From a virus (lineage: Duplodnaviria > Caudoviricetes), in the IMG/VR virus record IMGVR_UViG_3300026549_000069, positions 12,424 to 76,423 of that record: 64,000 bases of DNA; one strand, written 5' to 3'. The notes under the pieces are model-generated. The model saw nothing but the letters and a program-made list of their open reading frames with translations, was not told the DNA's origin and made no database searches. Shown in pieces: positions 39,486 to 48,213 of the stretch. Positions within the stretch are counted from its first letter, which is position 1. Every line of letters begins with the position of its first letter. A program made the translations under genes and the position numbers.

Positions 39486-39881
39486 ATGAACTGGCAATAC
39501 AACGATGGCGGCAGGTCAAAGTATTTTGCAGCACGAAAGGTTGGCGACTGTGTTACTAGGGCAGTCGCCATAGCAACAGGTCGTGACTACAAAGAAGTGT
39601 ACAATGAAATAAAGACTGTCGTTGGTTATACACCACGCAATGGCATCTACAAAAAAGACACAAAGAAAGTGATGGAACATTTCGGTGGCGTCTGGGTTGC
39701 TTGCAGTGGGATTGGCATAAAAGAAAGGGTACACCTAAATGACGCAGAAATGCCACTACAAGGACTTTTTGTGTGTAACTTGAGCAAGCATGTCACCTGC
39801 GTAATTGATGGTGTTATAAATGACACCTATGACCCGTCAAGAAATGGAACACGAATGGTTTACGGATATTGGAAATTTTAA
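39486..39881 (+). CDS. Conserved phage protein (DCV.RA...H...D-type, possible cysteine-protease fold)
   Basis: GDCVTRAVAIA, KHVTCVIDG, DTYD. Confidence 0.5.
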   Translation: MNWQYNDGGRSKYFAARKVGDCVTRAVAIATGRDYKEVYNEIKTVVGYTPRNGIYKKDTKKVMEHFGGVWVACSGIGIKERVHLNDAEMPLQGLFVCNLSKHVTCVIDGVINDTYDPSRNGTRMVYGYWKF

Positions 39882-39886
39882 AAGTT

Positions 39887-40444
39887 ATGGAAACAAAGGA
39901 AAAACAAATTCAGGCAATTAAAGATGCATTCGAAAGGGCTATGGCCGAAATTAACGAGAGAAGAGAATACAGGATGCGTAACTACTATGATTGCATTGAT
40001 GATTATTCTTTCGGTGGTATTTGCGACAAAGCAGACAATGAACTTGAAGATATGTTGCGTATGCAACGTGACATCAAAATAGAGCAAGTTGAAAATGATG
40101 GTTTCTATTTTAGGACATCGATGTTCTATCGGTTGTGTGACAATGACGGCAATGCCGCTTTAGGCACAAAACACGGACAATGGGGAGAGTTCTTTGTTAT
40201 CAATGACAAGTGCGTCAGTGTGCCAAAGCGATTAGCCACACTAACAAAGAAAGGCTATAAACTTGAACAAGTAATACGGACATATAAGTGCGAACTTAAA
40301 AGCATTAGAAACGGGCATGCCATAAACAAGTCAATGACTGTTATCGAAGAAAAAGTTATTGACATTACGCAAGACTCTATGCCTGATTACATCGGTGGCT
40401 TGCCATACATCGATTGGCAATATGAAAGTTATTTTAAAAATTAA
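39887..40444 (+). CDS. Hypothetical protein
   Basis: Start reassigned to 39887. Confidence 0.6.
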   Translation: METKEKQIQAIKDAFERAMAEINERREYRMRNYYDCIDDYSFGGICDKADNELEDMLRMQRDIKIEQVENDGFYFRTSMFYRLCDNDGNAALGTKHGQWGEFFVINDKCVSVPKRLATLTKKGYKLEQVIRTYKCELKSIRNGHAINKSMTVIEEKVIDITQDSMPDYIGGLPYIDWQYESYFKN

Positions 40445-40449
40445 GAGAT

Positions 40450-40707
40450 ATGGAATTTGAAAAAGATTTTATTCCTCGCCCTTACGAAGTAAAGGCAAAG
40501 GAGCATGTAAACAAAGTGTGCCGTGAGGATGAAATATCTTTCGGTTTTCATTATAACGAATGCGAACAAAGTCACCGGTATAGCGGTTTCACGAATGGGT
40601 ATACGCAAGCAATTACAGATGCTATATCATTCCTGAAAAGCAAAGGAATGACGGACATGGCGGTAAGAATGCAGGAGGCTTTGCTATACGGAATAACAAA
40701 CAAATAA
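40450..40707 (+). CDS. Hypothetical protein
   Basis: 85 aa ORF. Confidence 0.55.
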   Translation: MEFEKDFIPRPYEVKAKEHVNKVCREDEISFGFHYNECEQSHRYSGFTNGYTQAITDAISFLKSKGMTDMAVRMQEALLYGITNK

Positions 40708-40723
40708 CTAAAACAATGCGACT

Positions 40724-40939
40724 ATGACAAAGAAAGAAAAAGTACAGATTGACAACATTCTGTTTAGACTTAACACAATTCTAGAATGTGCAGATGCAGA
40801 CAATACGCTGTGCGTTGATGCCGATGGTGCATACACACATAATGCAATGGTATTGCGCAACCACATCCACGCAATCATAAAGGATTTGCAAGTTTCTATT
40901 GAAAACGATTGTTTACTAATCAAAGATTATGTAAGTTAG
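40724..40939 (+). CDS. Hypothetical protein
   Basis: 71 aa ORF. Confidence 0.55.
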   Translation: MTKKEKVQIDNILFRLNTILECADADNTLCVDADGAYTHNAMVLRNHIHAIIKDLQVSIENDCLLIKDYVS

Positions 40940-40941
40940 TT

Positions 40942-41226
40942 ATGGCAAACAAAGTAATTGTCCGCGACACCAAAAGCGGAGACGAAAAAGAGACGATGAT
41001 TTATGACGCACGATTCAGTGCCGAATACACTCTGCAATTAGTGTGGTGTAGCGCACATCGTGTGAACGTGTTTGACAAGAAGATGCTTGAACGAGCAAAA
41101 CTTGATTTCAATTACGAAACTGATTTTGTCTGGTTTGAAATAGGCGATGAAACTTATTCATGCGCAAAGCAAAGCGACAGGGTAGATGTCTATGATGGCA
41201 TCAATTCAAGCCCGCTGGATTTCTAA
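40942..41226 (+). CDS. Hypothetical protein
   Basis: Start reassigned to 40942. Confidence 0.55.
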   Translation: MANKVIVRDTKSGDEKETMIYDARFSAEYTLQLVWCSAHRVNVFDKKMLERAKLDFNYETDFVWFEIGDETYSCAKQSDRVDVYDGINSSPLDF

Positions 41227-41285
41227 TAACCGTGGCGGCGGTTCACTATCACCACCCGCCGCCGCAAACAACGACAACGACAGCT

Positions 41286-41504
41286 ATGACACAACTTGAA
41301 CAAAGAATGTACAATGCTATCGCATCGGCTTGCGCAAAATACATTGCAAACGAAAGCATTGATTGGGAACAACGCAAATATGAATGCGCAAAAGATTATG
41401 CCATTGGTCTTATGACATCAAAATGGTATGACGGCACGGAGCAACAAGCCATTGAACGTGGCATGGAATTTGCGGAGAACTTCATTGAATTGTACAAAAA
41501 ATAA
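41286..41504 (+). CDS. Hypothetical protein
   Basis: Start reassigned to 41286; IDWEQRKYECAK motif. Confidence 0.55.
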   Translation: MTQLEQRMYNAIASACAKYIANESIDWEQRKYECAKDYAIGLMTSKWYDGTEQQAIERGMEFAENFIELYKK

Positions 41505-41509
41505 CGACT

Positions 41510-41671
41510 ATGAGCAAAAAGAAAGTGTGCTGCATTTGTGGCATTGAATTTAATGGTCGTGGCAATAATCCTCGACCTGTCAAAGATGACGGTGAATGCT
41601 GTGATAAATGCAATTATGCCTATGTGCTGCCAAAAAGAATTGAAAACGTAATTAGCAAAGTACGAAAATGA
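41510..41671 (+). CDS. Small Zn-binding protein (53 aa), not in ORF track
   Basis: CCICG...GNNP.P...CCDKCN. Confidence 0.65.
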   Translation: MSKKKVCCICGIEFNGRGNNPRPVKDDGECCDKCNYAYVLPKRIENVISKVRK

Positions 41672-41835
41672 AAACTTTTGATGTATTCGCCATTGTTGTT
41701 TTTGGCATCATGGCATTGGTGACTTTTGTTGCTGGATTCTACAACCCGATTCATTTCCTTTTCAGTGCTTGTTGCGTGGCAATGGTTGTGATTGCTTACA
41801 AGGAATTGGAAAGTGAAAATGATAAAGAATGTTAA
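41668..41835 (+). CDS. Small two-TM protein (55 aa), not in ORF track
   Basis: Hydrophobic, ATGA overlap. Confidence 0.55.
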   Translation: MKTFDVFAIVVFGIMALVTFVAGFYNPIHFLFSACCVAMVVIAYKELESENDKEC

Positions 41836-41839
41836 AATA

Positions 41840-41871
41840 TTTGGTGGGTTCAAAAAAACTATGTACTTTTG
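41840..41871 (+). promoter_or_regulatory. Bacteroidota promoter
   Basis: TTTG-N20-TACTTTTG. Confidence 0.8.
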
Positions 41872-42026
41872 CATCGCAATCGAATAACGGCGGTCGCAAG
41901 GACATAGTGGATTGACTTGTGGATTACATCCACACTCAATATATACCAACAAAAAGGAACATCCCTGCAACCTTCCGTTATAACTCAGAGGAGTTTGGTT
42001 GCAGGGAATGTTCTTTTTTGTTGACT

Positions 42027-42758
42027 ATGGCACAATTACGAAGAAAAATAATGACCGAATGCAAAGGACAACCACGACTACAAAAAGCCGTGGCATTTGC
42101 TGTTTTTCTAAAATACAAACTCGGTCAATCTTCCATGATGCGCAATTATTCTGTCAACAAGATTCATACTTTGACAAAGATTTCAGCAACTACTATCAAA
42201 AAATATCTACCAATCTTGAAACAATGCGGATTTGTCGCTTTCTGCGGCAAAAACAATCAACACCTGATTGTGTCAAAACTTTGTTCTCATACAAAGGGGC
42301 GCAATGTAAAGATTGATGATTTTTGCTTTGATTCATACAAAGATGTTTATAGGTCGTTGCGTGCTTATTTGGCATTGATTATACAATCGCATAAAGATTT
42401 TGTTAAACGCTCGATTCAAATTGTTGCAAACCCAAAAAATTGGGAAGAATTTAAAGCAGCAAGAAGAAATGTGAAACGACTCGTCAAGCAAGGTGTCTTA
42501 TGTGGATTGTGTGATAAATACAAAGAGTATGGATTAAGTTTTAAGCGCATTGCTAGTGAAACTGGCAATTGCGCAAGAACTGCACAAAGAATTATGAACT
42601 ATGCCATCAAAAAAGGTTGGGTATCTAAAAAAAGAAATTTCAAAAAGATATTCACACCAAAAATTAATCGTAGGCAATCAGATATGTTTACTTTCTCAAC
42701 TTTGAACAACATATACATTGTCTACGCTAACACATACGAATTGAACATTCTATTGTAG
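42027..42758 (+). CDS. Basic wHTH-containing protein
   Basis: SVNKIHTLTKISATTIKKYL HTH-like; second HTH-like SFKRIASETG; likely start 42027. Confidence 0.55.
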   Translation: MAQLRRKIMTECKGQPRLQKAVAFAVFLKYKLGQSSMMRNYSVNKIHTLTKISATTIKKYLPILKQCGFVAFCGKNNQHLIVSKLCSHTKGRNVKIDDFCFDSYKDVYRSLRAYLALIIQSHKDFVKRSIQIVANPKNWEEFKAARRNVKRLVKQGVLCGLCDKYKEYGLSFKRIASETGNCARTAQRIMNYAIKKGWVSKKRNFKKIFTPKINRRQSDMFTFSTLNNIYIVYANTYELNILL

Positions 42759-42801
42759 TGGTATGGTATTATATTAGTTGGTAAAAAATAAAGGCGCATT
42801 T

Positions 42802-43311
42802 ATGACTTACAAAGGTGACAATATTATCGGAAAGCCATCACTAGGTTTAATTCAAGTTTATATTGAAGAAAAAAGCCTAGGGTTAATTACACCGCAAGAG
42901 GTTTTTGATTATTGGGATAAAAAAGATTGGTTGACAAAGAAAGGTTCTGAAGTCAAAACTTTAGAGTCGGCTATCAATGTGTATAATAGTATTGTCGTAC
43001 AAAAAGCATTAAAGGGGAACAAAAAAACAAGGAAAGAAATAAAAAGTGCTTTTACTGCAATTAAAAAGAAAAACAAACAACCTAAAAAGCATTCAGAATA
43101 TTCAGAACAATTAAAAGATGAAAGATGGAAAGCATTTAGGTGGTTTGTTATGAAAGTTCGTGGTAACGAATGTGAAATATGCAAATCTACAAATAACTTA
43201 CAAGTACACCATATTGAATACATTAAAAACGCAAAAGCATGGGAATATAATGTAAATCAAGTAATAGTTGTTTGTAGGGAATGTCATAAGAAAATACATA
43301 ATATTAAATAA
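42802..43311 (+). CDS. HNH endonuclease
   Basis: CEIC...LQVHH...CRECHKKIH. Confidence 0.8.
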   Translation: MTYKGDNIIGKPSLGLIQVYIEEKSLGLITPQEVFDYWDKKDWLTKKGSEVKTLESAINVYNSIVVQKALKGNKKTRKEIKSAFTAIKKKNKQPKKHSEYSEQLKDERWKAFRWFVMKVRGNECEICKSTNNLQVHHIEYIKNAKAWEYNVNQVIVVCRECHKKIHNIK

Positions 43312-43330
43312 GATAATTTAAATTGGAACA

Positions 43331-43555
43331 ATGAAATCAAACGAGGTAACAAAATTCATGTGGTATATGTGCAACAAGTGGTCGCTTGACGAGGCACGGG
43401 AATTGTTCGGTGACAATCTTGGAGCACATATCTACCAAAAGAAATTGCATCTACAAGGAATTGGCTACGACACGCTGTACTGGTATGGTGACCTAGATGA
43501 AACGTGCCGGCAAAAGATTGTTGACCGCGCAAATGAAATCTACAAAAACGCGTAG
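43331..43555 (+). CDS. Hypothetical protein
   Basis: 74 aa ORF. Confidence 0.6.
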   Translation: MKSNEVTKFMWYMCNKWSLDEARELFGDNLGAHIYQKKLHLQGIGYDTLYWYGDLDETCRQKIVDRANEIYKNA

Positions 43556-43557
43556 AA

Positions 43558-43638
43558 TTTGATTCTAGCGGCTTTAATCCACAAAGCTGATTAACTTATC
43601 ATTTCACAAACAAAAGTCGAACACGGGGCAAATAAACC
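43558..43638. repeat. Dispersed element, copy D
   Basis: attctagcggcttt...acacggggcaaat with 55-nt spacing. Confidence 0.5.
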
Positions 43639-43654
43639 ACTAAATTTTCAAGTT

Positions 43655-43885
43655 ATGGACAATACGAATGACAACAAGAAATCAAGTGCATCGCAGAATG
43701 CGATGATTCTCGCCTATATGCAGGACGGAAACAAGATAACATCTTTGCTTGCTTTGAAGCTTTTCGGCTGTATGCGTCTAGCATCACGAATCTGTGATTT
43801 GCGGGAACGTGGATATGACATCAAGGCTGAAAAAATCCAAGTGCCTAGCGGTAAATATGTGACAGAGTATTCACTCAATCAATAA
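43655..43885 (+). CDS. Winged HTH protein (HTH_39-like)
   Basis: SQNAMILAYM..G.KITSL.A...GCMRLASRI.DLR. Confidence 0.8.
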   Translation: MDNTNDNKKSSASQNAMILAYMQDGNKITSLLALKLFGCMRLASRICDLRERGYDIKAEKIQVPSGKYVTEYSLNQ

Positions 43886-43900
43886 TTAATAATATGGCTT

Positions 43901-44197
43901 ATGGAAACGAAAATTTGTAAATGCTGCGGGAGAGAACTTCCAATTGATGATTTCCGTGTTACGAAATTGGGTCGCAGAAACACTTGCAACGAATGCGTAA
44001 GCAAGAAAATAGCGGATGCTAAAAAAAGAAAAAATGACGGATTGACATTTGAGGAGGAATTGGAAAGAGCAAAGACATTGCGGCTGCAAGATTTCACACC
44101 GCGTGAATTGATGACCGAATTAAAGCGCCGTGGTTACGATGGCAAGCTGACATTCACACAGGTGATTGAAATAGATATTAGCAAAATTGGGGAATAA
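43901..44197 (+). CDS. Zn-finger hypothetical protein
   Basis: CKCCG...CNEC; FTPRELMTELKRRGY. Confidence 0.6.
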   Translation: METKICKCCGRELPIDDFRVTKLGRRNTCNECVSKKIADAKKRKNDGLTFEEELERAKTLRLQDFTPRELMTELKRRGYDGKLTFTQVIEIDISKIGE

Positions 44198-44227
44198 GAA
44201 CAATCAAGGTTAACAAAGGTTAAACAT

Positions 44228-44258
44228 TTTGCAATATCAAAAATAACTTGTATCTTTG
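44228..44258 (+). promoter_or_regulatory. Bacteroidota promoter upstream of tRNA
   Basis: TTTG-N19-TATCTTTG. Confidence 0.8.
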
Positions 44259-44352
44259 CATTGTAAAACAACCAAGGTTGGCGTTTAACTTAATTATTAA
44301 CAATATGGGGTGGTTTTACACTAAATTTGCGTAACTTGGTTGTTTTACATTT

Positions 44353-44424
44353 TGGCGATTGGTGTAATGGTTTGCACGTCAGTTTTTGGCACTGAAAGGG
44401 CAAGTTCAATTCTTGCATCGCCAA
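44353..44424 (+). tRNA. tRNA-Gln (UUG)
   Basis: Acceptor tggcgat/atcgcca, D arm gtg/cac, anticodon stem tcagt/actga with loop ttTTGgc, T arm gcaag-ttcaatt-cttgc; no encoded CCA. Confidence 0.9.
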
Positions 44425-44542
44425 CAAGTTGAAAGGTTTTCGTTAATGGTGAATGATTGCCGGGCGTGCAGTGTAACAATTACAAACCATTAAAAATACA
44501 TTGCAGCCCGACTTTTTACTAACATTTAAAAGAATTGTATAT

Positions 44543-45097
44543 ATGATTGAGATTGAATTATTGGAAATTTCTGGCATCGTTGGCGCATTGCGTGCATTAC
44601 GTTTGCCGTATGGAAAAGAATGTCGTTCAAAAATTGACGGTGGCGGCAATCTTACACTTGATAGTAACAATAAAATCGTTTTTCATTCAAATTGGTTTAT
44701 TAACATAGATGAAAATGATTTAAACCTACTGACACGTCTTGTTTCTGCTGGCGATGAACACGCCAAGGTTATGCGTGGTGTAGTCGCTTATTTTGAAATC
44801 AATGCGCCACGTTTTTGGTGGCAAGAATTTGACACATACAGAATCGGCTGTGAAAAACTTTCTAGCGAATCCACAATGCACATACAAGGCAAAGGACTTT
44901 CAGAAAAAGAACTTGTTGAAACGAAAAGCAAGTTATGTGAGGGAACGATGCAAAAAAGAGTTGTGATGATTTCTTATCAAACATTGCGGAGAATCTATAG
45001 GCAAAGGAAAAATCACAGGTTGCCGCATTGGCGAATGTTCTGCGAATTTTTAAAAAACGAATTGCCATTACAAGAACTTATAACTGCACAATCGTAA
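44543..45097 (+). CDS. Divergent ThyX-like protein
   Basis: EINAPRFWWQEFDTYR...SSESTMH, ISYQTLRRIYRQRKNHRLPHW. Confidence 0.55.
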   Translation: MIEIELLEISGIVGALRALRLPYGKECRSKIDGGGNLTLDSNNKIVFHSNWFINIDENDLNLLTRLVSAGDEHAKVMRGVVAYFEINAPRFWWQEFDTYRIGCEKLSSESTMHIQGKGLSEKELVETKSKLCEGTMQKRVVMISYQTLRRIYRQRKNHRLPHWRMFCEFLKNELPLQELITAQS

Positions 45098-45098
45098 T

Positions 45099-45464
45099 AT
45101 GAGAGAATCAGGCTATTATCCGCCAGGGGCTGAATTTGACCCGAACGCTCCATATAATCAGGTGGAGCCGGAGGAAAGAGAGTACAACATTGAGGCGGTG
45201 TTTGAACTTCGCAGAACCGATGAGCTGTGGTCGAATGACTACGACGAGTTCGACAACATGAACAACCCGCAGCGGGAGTGGACGAGCATCCACATGACCC
45301 CGCTGGAGCTGATTGCCGAGTGCAAGCAGCTGGCGAGGACGATGCTCGACAGCATCAAGGACACGGCCACACCGATGGGTGCGAGAGCAAAGCAGCACTT
45401 GTTGCATATTATCGCCGAGTGCGATGGCTGGGAGAATACGTTTAACGAATTTAACCAAGAGTAG
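45099..45464 (+). CDS. Hypothetical protein
   Basis: GYYPPGAEFDPNAPYN start; GC-rich. Confidence 0.65.
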   Translation: MRESGYYPPGAEFDPNAPYNQVEPEEREYNIEAVFELRRTDELWSNDYDEFDNMNNPQREWTSIHMTPLELIAECKQLARTMLDSIKDTATPMGARAKQHLLHIIAECDGWENTFNEFNQE

Positions 45465-45465
45465 T

Positions 45466-45762
45466 ATGAATTGTGTGAATTTATCATGGACACTGGCTCG
45501 GCAGTATGAGCCTGCACCCGCCAGCGAGGACTTGAGCGCGCCGCTTGTGCGCTTGGCTTATGCGACAGGATTTGAGCGAATGGCAGATATTGCCGAGCAG
45601 CAGCTGCGTGCCACGCTTGAGGCGCACGGATGCAAGATGGACGAGGCGTGGGACATCATGCATCAGTGGGGCAAGCGCATTGAAGCACTGACCGGCGACG
45701 AGCACAAGCGTGTGGGTTGTAACGACCCGCGAGGCTACGACAAGGAAGGAGATATACGATAG
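45466..45762 (+). CDS. Hypothetical protein
   Basis: Start reassigned to 45466; GC-rich. Confidence 0.55.
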   Translation: MNCVNLSWTLARQYEPAPASEDLSAPLVRLAYATGFERMADIAEQQLRATLEAHGCKMDEAWDIMHQWGKRIEALTGDEHKRVGCNDPRGYDKEGDIR

Positions 45763-45768
45763 CAACAA

Positions 45769-45829
45769 AGCCGCCGAGGCGCAAGTCAATTCTTGTCCGT
45801 AAGGTGGTGTAATGAAGCACGCGGCGGCT
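45769..45829 (+). ncRNA. Circularly permuted tRNA-like structure
   Basis: Order T arm - short GUAA-capped stem - D arm, closed by agccgccg/cggcggct; arms resemble the local tRNA-Gln. Confidence 0.55.
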
Positions 45830-45849
45830 ATTTAAAAAAACTACAAACT

Positions 45850-46047
45850 ATGACACAAGAACAAATATCACAGACAAAGGTGTGGCGAATCAATGAATCT
45901 ACACTTGTAGTTGCTGGAACTATACCTATAGCAATAGAAATATATGAAACCCGTTACCCGTTTGAAAGAGTTGAAAAAGTTGAGCTCGTTAAAGGTAAAT
46001 GGGATAGCGAATACGCATTAATATTAGAAAATCACAATGAACTATGA
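45850..46047 (+). CDS. Hypothetical protein
   Basis: Start reassigned to 45850. Confidence 0.55.
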   Translation: MTQEQISQTKVWRINESTLVVAGTIPIAIEIYETRYPFERVEKVELVKGKWDSEYALILENHNEL

Positions 46048-46262
46048 CACAAGAAGAAAAAGACTATTGCGAGACTTGCTTCATATATGATGTCTGCGGT
46101 TACGCTAATCGAGGGCTTCAGCGTAAATGCAAGAGAATGAAAACATTTGCTGATGGTTTTGATGCCGCTGTCGGCAAAGCAAAAGAATGGCTTTGCGAAC
46201 TCACACCAGAACAATTGTCAGATGTTGATTTTGACGATTTTGAAAAAGCAATGTACAAATGA
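46044..46262 (+). CDS. Cys-rich hypothetical protein
   Basis: CETC..YDVC...CKR. Confidence 0.55.
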   Translation: MTQEEKDYCETCFIYDVCGYANRGLQRKCKRMKTFADGFDAAVGKAKEWLCELTPEQLSDVDFDDFEKAMYK

Positions 46263-46483
46263 CTCGAGAAGAAGCAAAGGAAATTGCACCAAAGATGTGC
46301 AAAGACAGTATAGAAAAATACGGTGAAGATGCTATCTATGTTCAGTCTCCGTGTTACGGAAAATGCTCATGGACATATAAAGAAGCACTTGAGTCGATAC
46401 TAAACGATACTGTCCTAGAGAATACCAATGAGAATATCATAGATTCTGTTCTTGAGTATTACGAATATCTTAACAAAATGTAG
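46259..46483 (+). CDS. Hypothetical protein
   Basis: 74 aa, coupled. Confidence 0.55.
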   Translation: MTREEAKEIAPKMCKDSIEKYGEDAIYVQSPCYGKCSWTYKEALESILNDTVLENTNENIIDSVLEYYEYLNKM

Positions 46484-46484
46484 T

Positions 46485-46853
46485 ATGACACAAGAAGATA
46501 AACAACTGCTTTTGGCTGACCTTTGTGCAAGGTTGCCATATGACGTGAAAGTTAAATATGATAATGGAATATATAACATTGATTATATTTCCGCATTATA
46601 TGAAGAAATTGAACTAGATACTCCTGACAATTATACTATCGGAATATCTGAAATTAAACCATACCTCCGTCCGATGTCTTCAATAACTGAGGAAGAAAGA
46701 CTTGAACTATCAACTGCTCTCATTTATGCAAATATGATAGACAACACTCGTGTACAAATTGATTGGTTAAATGCTCATCACTTTGACTACCGAGGACTAA
46801 TCCAGAAAGACCTAGCAATATCTACGGAAGAGTTTAATCCATATAAAGACTGA
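46485..46853 (+). CDS. Conserved Bacteroidales-phage hypothetical protein
   Basis: LLADLCARLPY, IKPYLRPMSS, WLNAHHFDYRGLI. Confidence 0.65.
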   Translation: MTQEDKQLLLADLCARLPYDVKVKYDNGIYNIDYISALYEEIELDTPDNYTIGISEIKPYLRPMSSITEEERLELSTALIYANMIDNTRVQIDWLNAHHFDYRGLIQKDLAISTEEFNPYKD

Positions 46854-46857
46854 AAAC

Positions 46858-47031
46858 ATGAGAGGGACAGAATATAAACATGTTTATGCCCTGCGAAACA
46901 AAGACACTGGGAACTACTTGCTGACCTACTGGGCAAGCAGTCAAAAGCATAAGGCACTGTTCTCTTCTCGCAAGAAAGCAGAGGAGGCAGTTAAAGGAAT
47001 AGACGCAAACATTGAAATTGTTGAATTATGA
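46858..47031 (+). CDS. Small protein (57 aa), not in ORF track
   Basis: Open frame, ATGA overlap with next gene. Confidence 0.5.
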   Translation: MRGTEYKHVYALRNKDTGNYLLTYWASSQKHKALFSSRKKAEEAVKGIDANIEIVEL

Positions 47032-47405
47032 AAGCATACACTGACCTAGAGCAAAGTCGAAAGTTGGCAGAGATACTGCCACTCAAAACCGCTGATATGT
47101 GTTATAGAATTGTAGCATATAATCCTAATGATACGCAAGAATATCAAGCATATTGTTTTGTCGGAACATTAGAGAGCGATATTCCTTGCTGGTCGCTTGA
47201 TTCGTTGCTTAACTATTTTCGTGAGATTGATTTCTTCCCCGAGATAGATGCAGACGAGTGTTCAGTGACAATGAATATCAATTACTATGACGAGGAAGAG
47301 GCGAGGTTATTAGCCCCTATACATAACATCAAGGTTAAAGCAGAGAGTTTTATTGATGCTTGCTATGAAATGATTATCAAACTGCACGAACAAAAAGTTT
47401 TGTGA
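47028..47405 (+). CDS. Hypothetical protein
   Basis: YTDLEQSRKLAEIL, IPCWSL. Confidence 0.65.
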   Translation: MKAYTDLEQSRKLAEILPLKTADMCYRIVAYNPNDTQEYQAYCFVGTLESDIPCWSLDSLLNYFREIDFFPEIDADECSVTMNINYYDEEEARLLAPIHNIKVKAESFIDACYEMIIKLHEQKVL

Positions 47406-47590
47406 TTATGAAAATAACAGCAGGTAAAATATTTGAATGTTTTGTATTCCTCCCATCATTAAATTTAAGTTGGGTAAGAGTTTCCAAAGGGAATATCTAT
47501 TTTCTCCAATTTGGGTGGTTATTATGGTATATACAAGTACGACTGAATTATGGACTACGAAGAAAAAGTTATCGCTCTGTTAAATGGTAA
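47402..47590 (+). CDS. Aromatic/hydrophobic small protein
   Basis: 62 aa. Confidence 0.45.
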   Translation: MIMKITAGKIFECFVFLPSLNLSWVRVSKGNIYFLQFGWLLWYIQVRLNYGLRRKSYRSVKW

Positions 47591-48209
47591 AGAACTATCG
47601 CAAGAGCAAAAAGAAAAATTAGAGGAAATCTTCCCCGAACTTGCAGAGAGCGAGGATGAAAAGATGAGGAAATCTATCATTTATGCTTTGCAAAATGGAG
47701 GATTTTATTCTAGCGATAAAACGGACGAGGCTATTGCTTGGCTTGAAAAGCAAGGCAAACAGAAGACTGACAAAGTTGAACCGAAGTTTAAGGTCGGTGA
47801 TTGGATTGTACTCCCCTTGGGGATAATTGCTCATATTGAAAGCATAAATTCAACTGACTATCAAGTCACAACAACTGATGGGAAGATTTGCGATTTTAAG
47901 ATTTCAAAGCAAGATAATTATCGTCTTTGGACTATCGAAGACGCGAAGGACGGTGATGTGCTTGTCGCTTCTGACGGCTCAATCTTTCTTTTTGCAGGCG
48001 TTGATGATTGTGCTTGTAAGTATTATGTTGCACTTACAACCGACAACTATATCGAAATCAATAAAGAAGCAAAAGGTGGCTATTGGGAAACATCAAGAGC
48101 AGTCTATCCAGCAACCAAAGAACAGCGTGATACTCTCGAGATAGCTATGGCAGACGAAGGTTACGAATGGGACGCTGATAAGAAAGAATTGTTGCATAAA
48201 CAGTCATAA
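47550..48209 (+). CDS. Modular hypothetical protein
   Basis: ESEDEK...WLEKQG module, EPKFKVGDWI, WTIEDAKDGDVL. Confidence 0.65.
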   Translation: MDYEEKVIALLNGKELSQEQKEKLEEIFPELAESEDEKMRKSIIYALQNGGFYSSDKTDEAIAWLEKQGKQKTDKVEPKFKVGDWIVLPLGIIAHIESINSTDYQVTTTDGKICDFKISKQDNYRLWTIEDAKDGDVLVASDGSIFLFAGVDDCACKYYVALTTDNYIEINKEAKGGYWETSRAVYPATKEQRDTLEIAMADEGYEWDADKKELLHKQS

Positions 48210-48213
48210 AACT

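Noticed and set aside
44424-44520. tRNA-associated theta (HDV-like) ribozyme
   Set aside because: No G-initiated P1 at the tRNA 3' end and no P3/L3/P1.1 nested double-pseudoknot pattern
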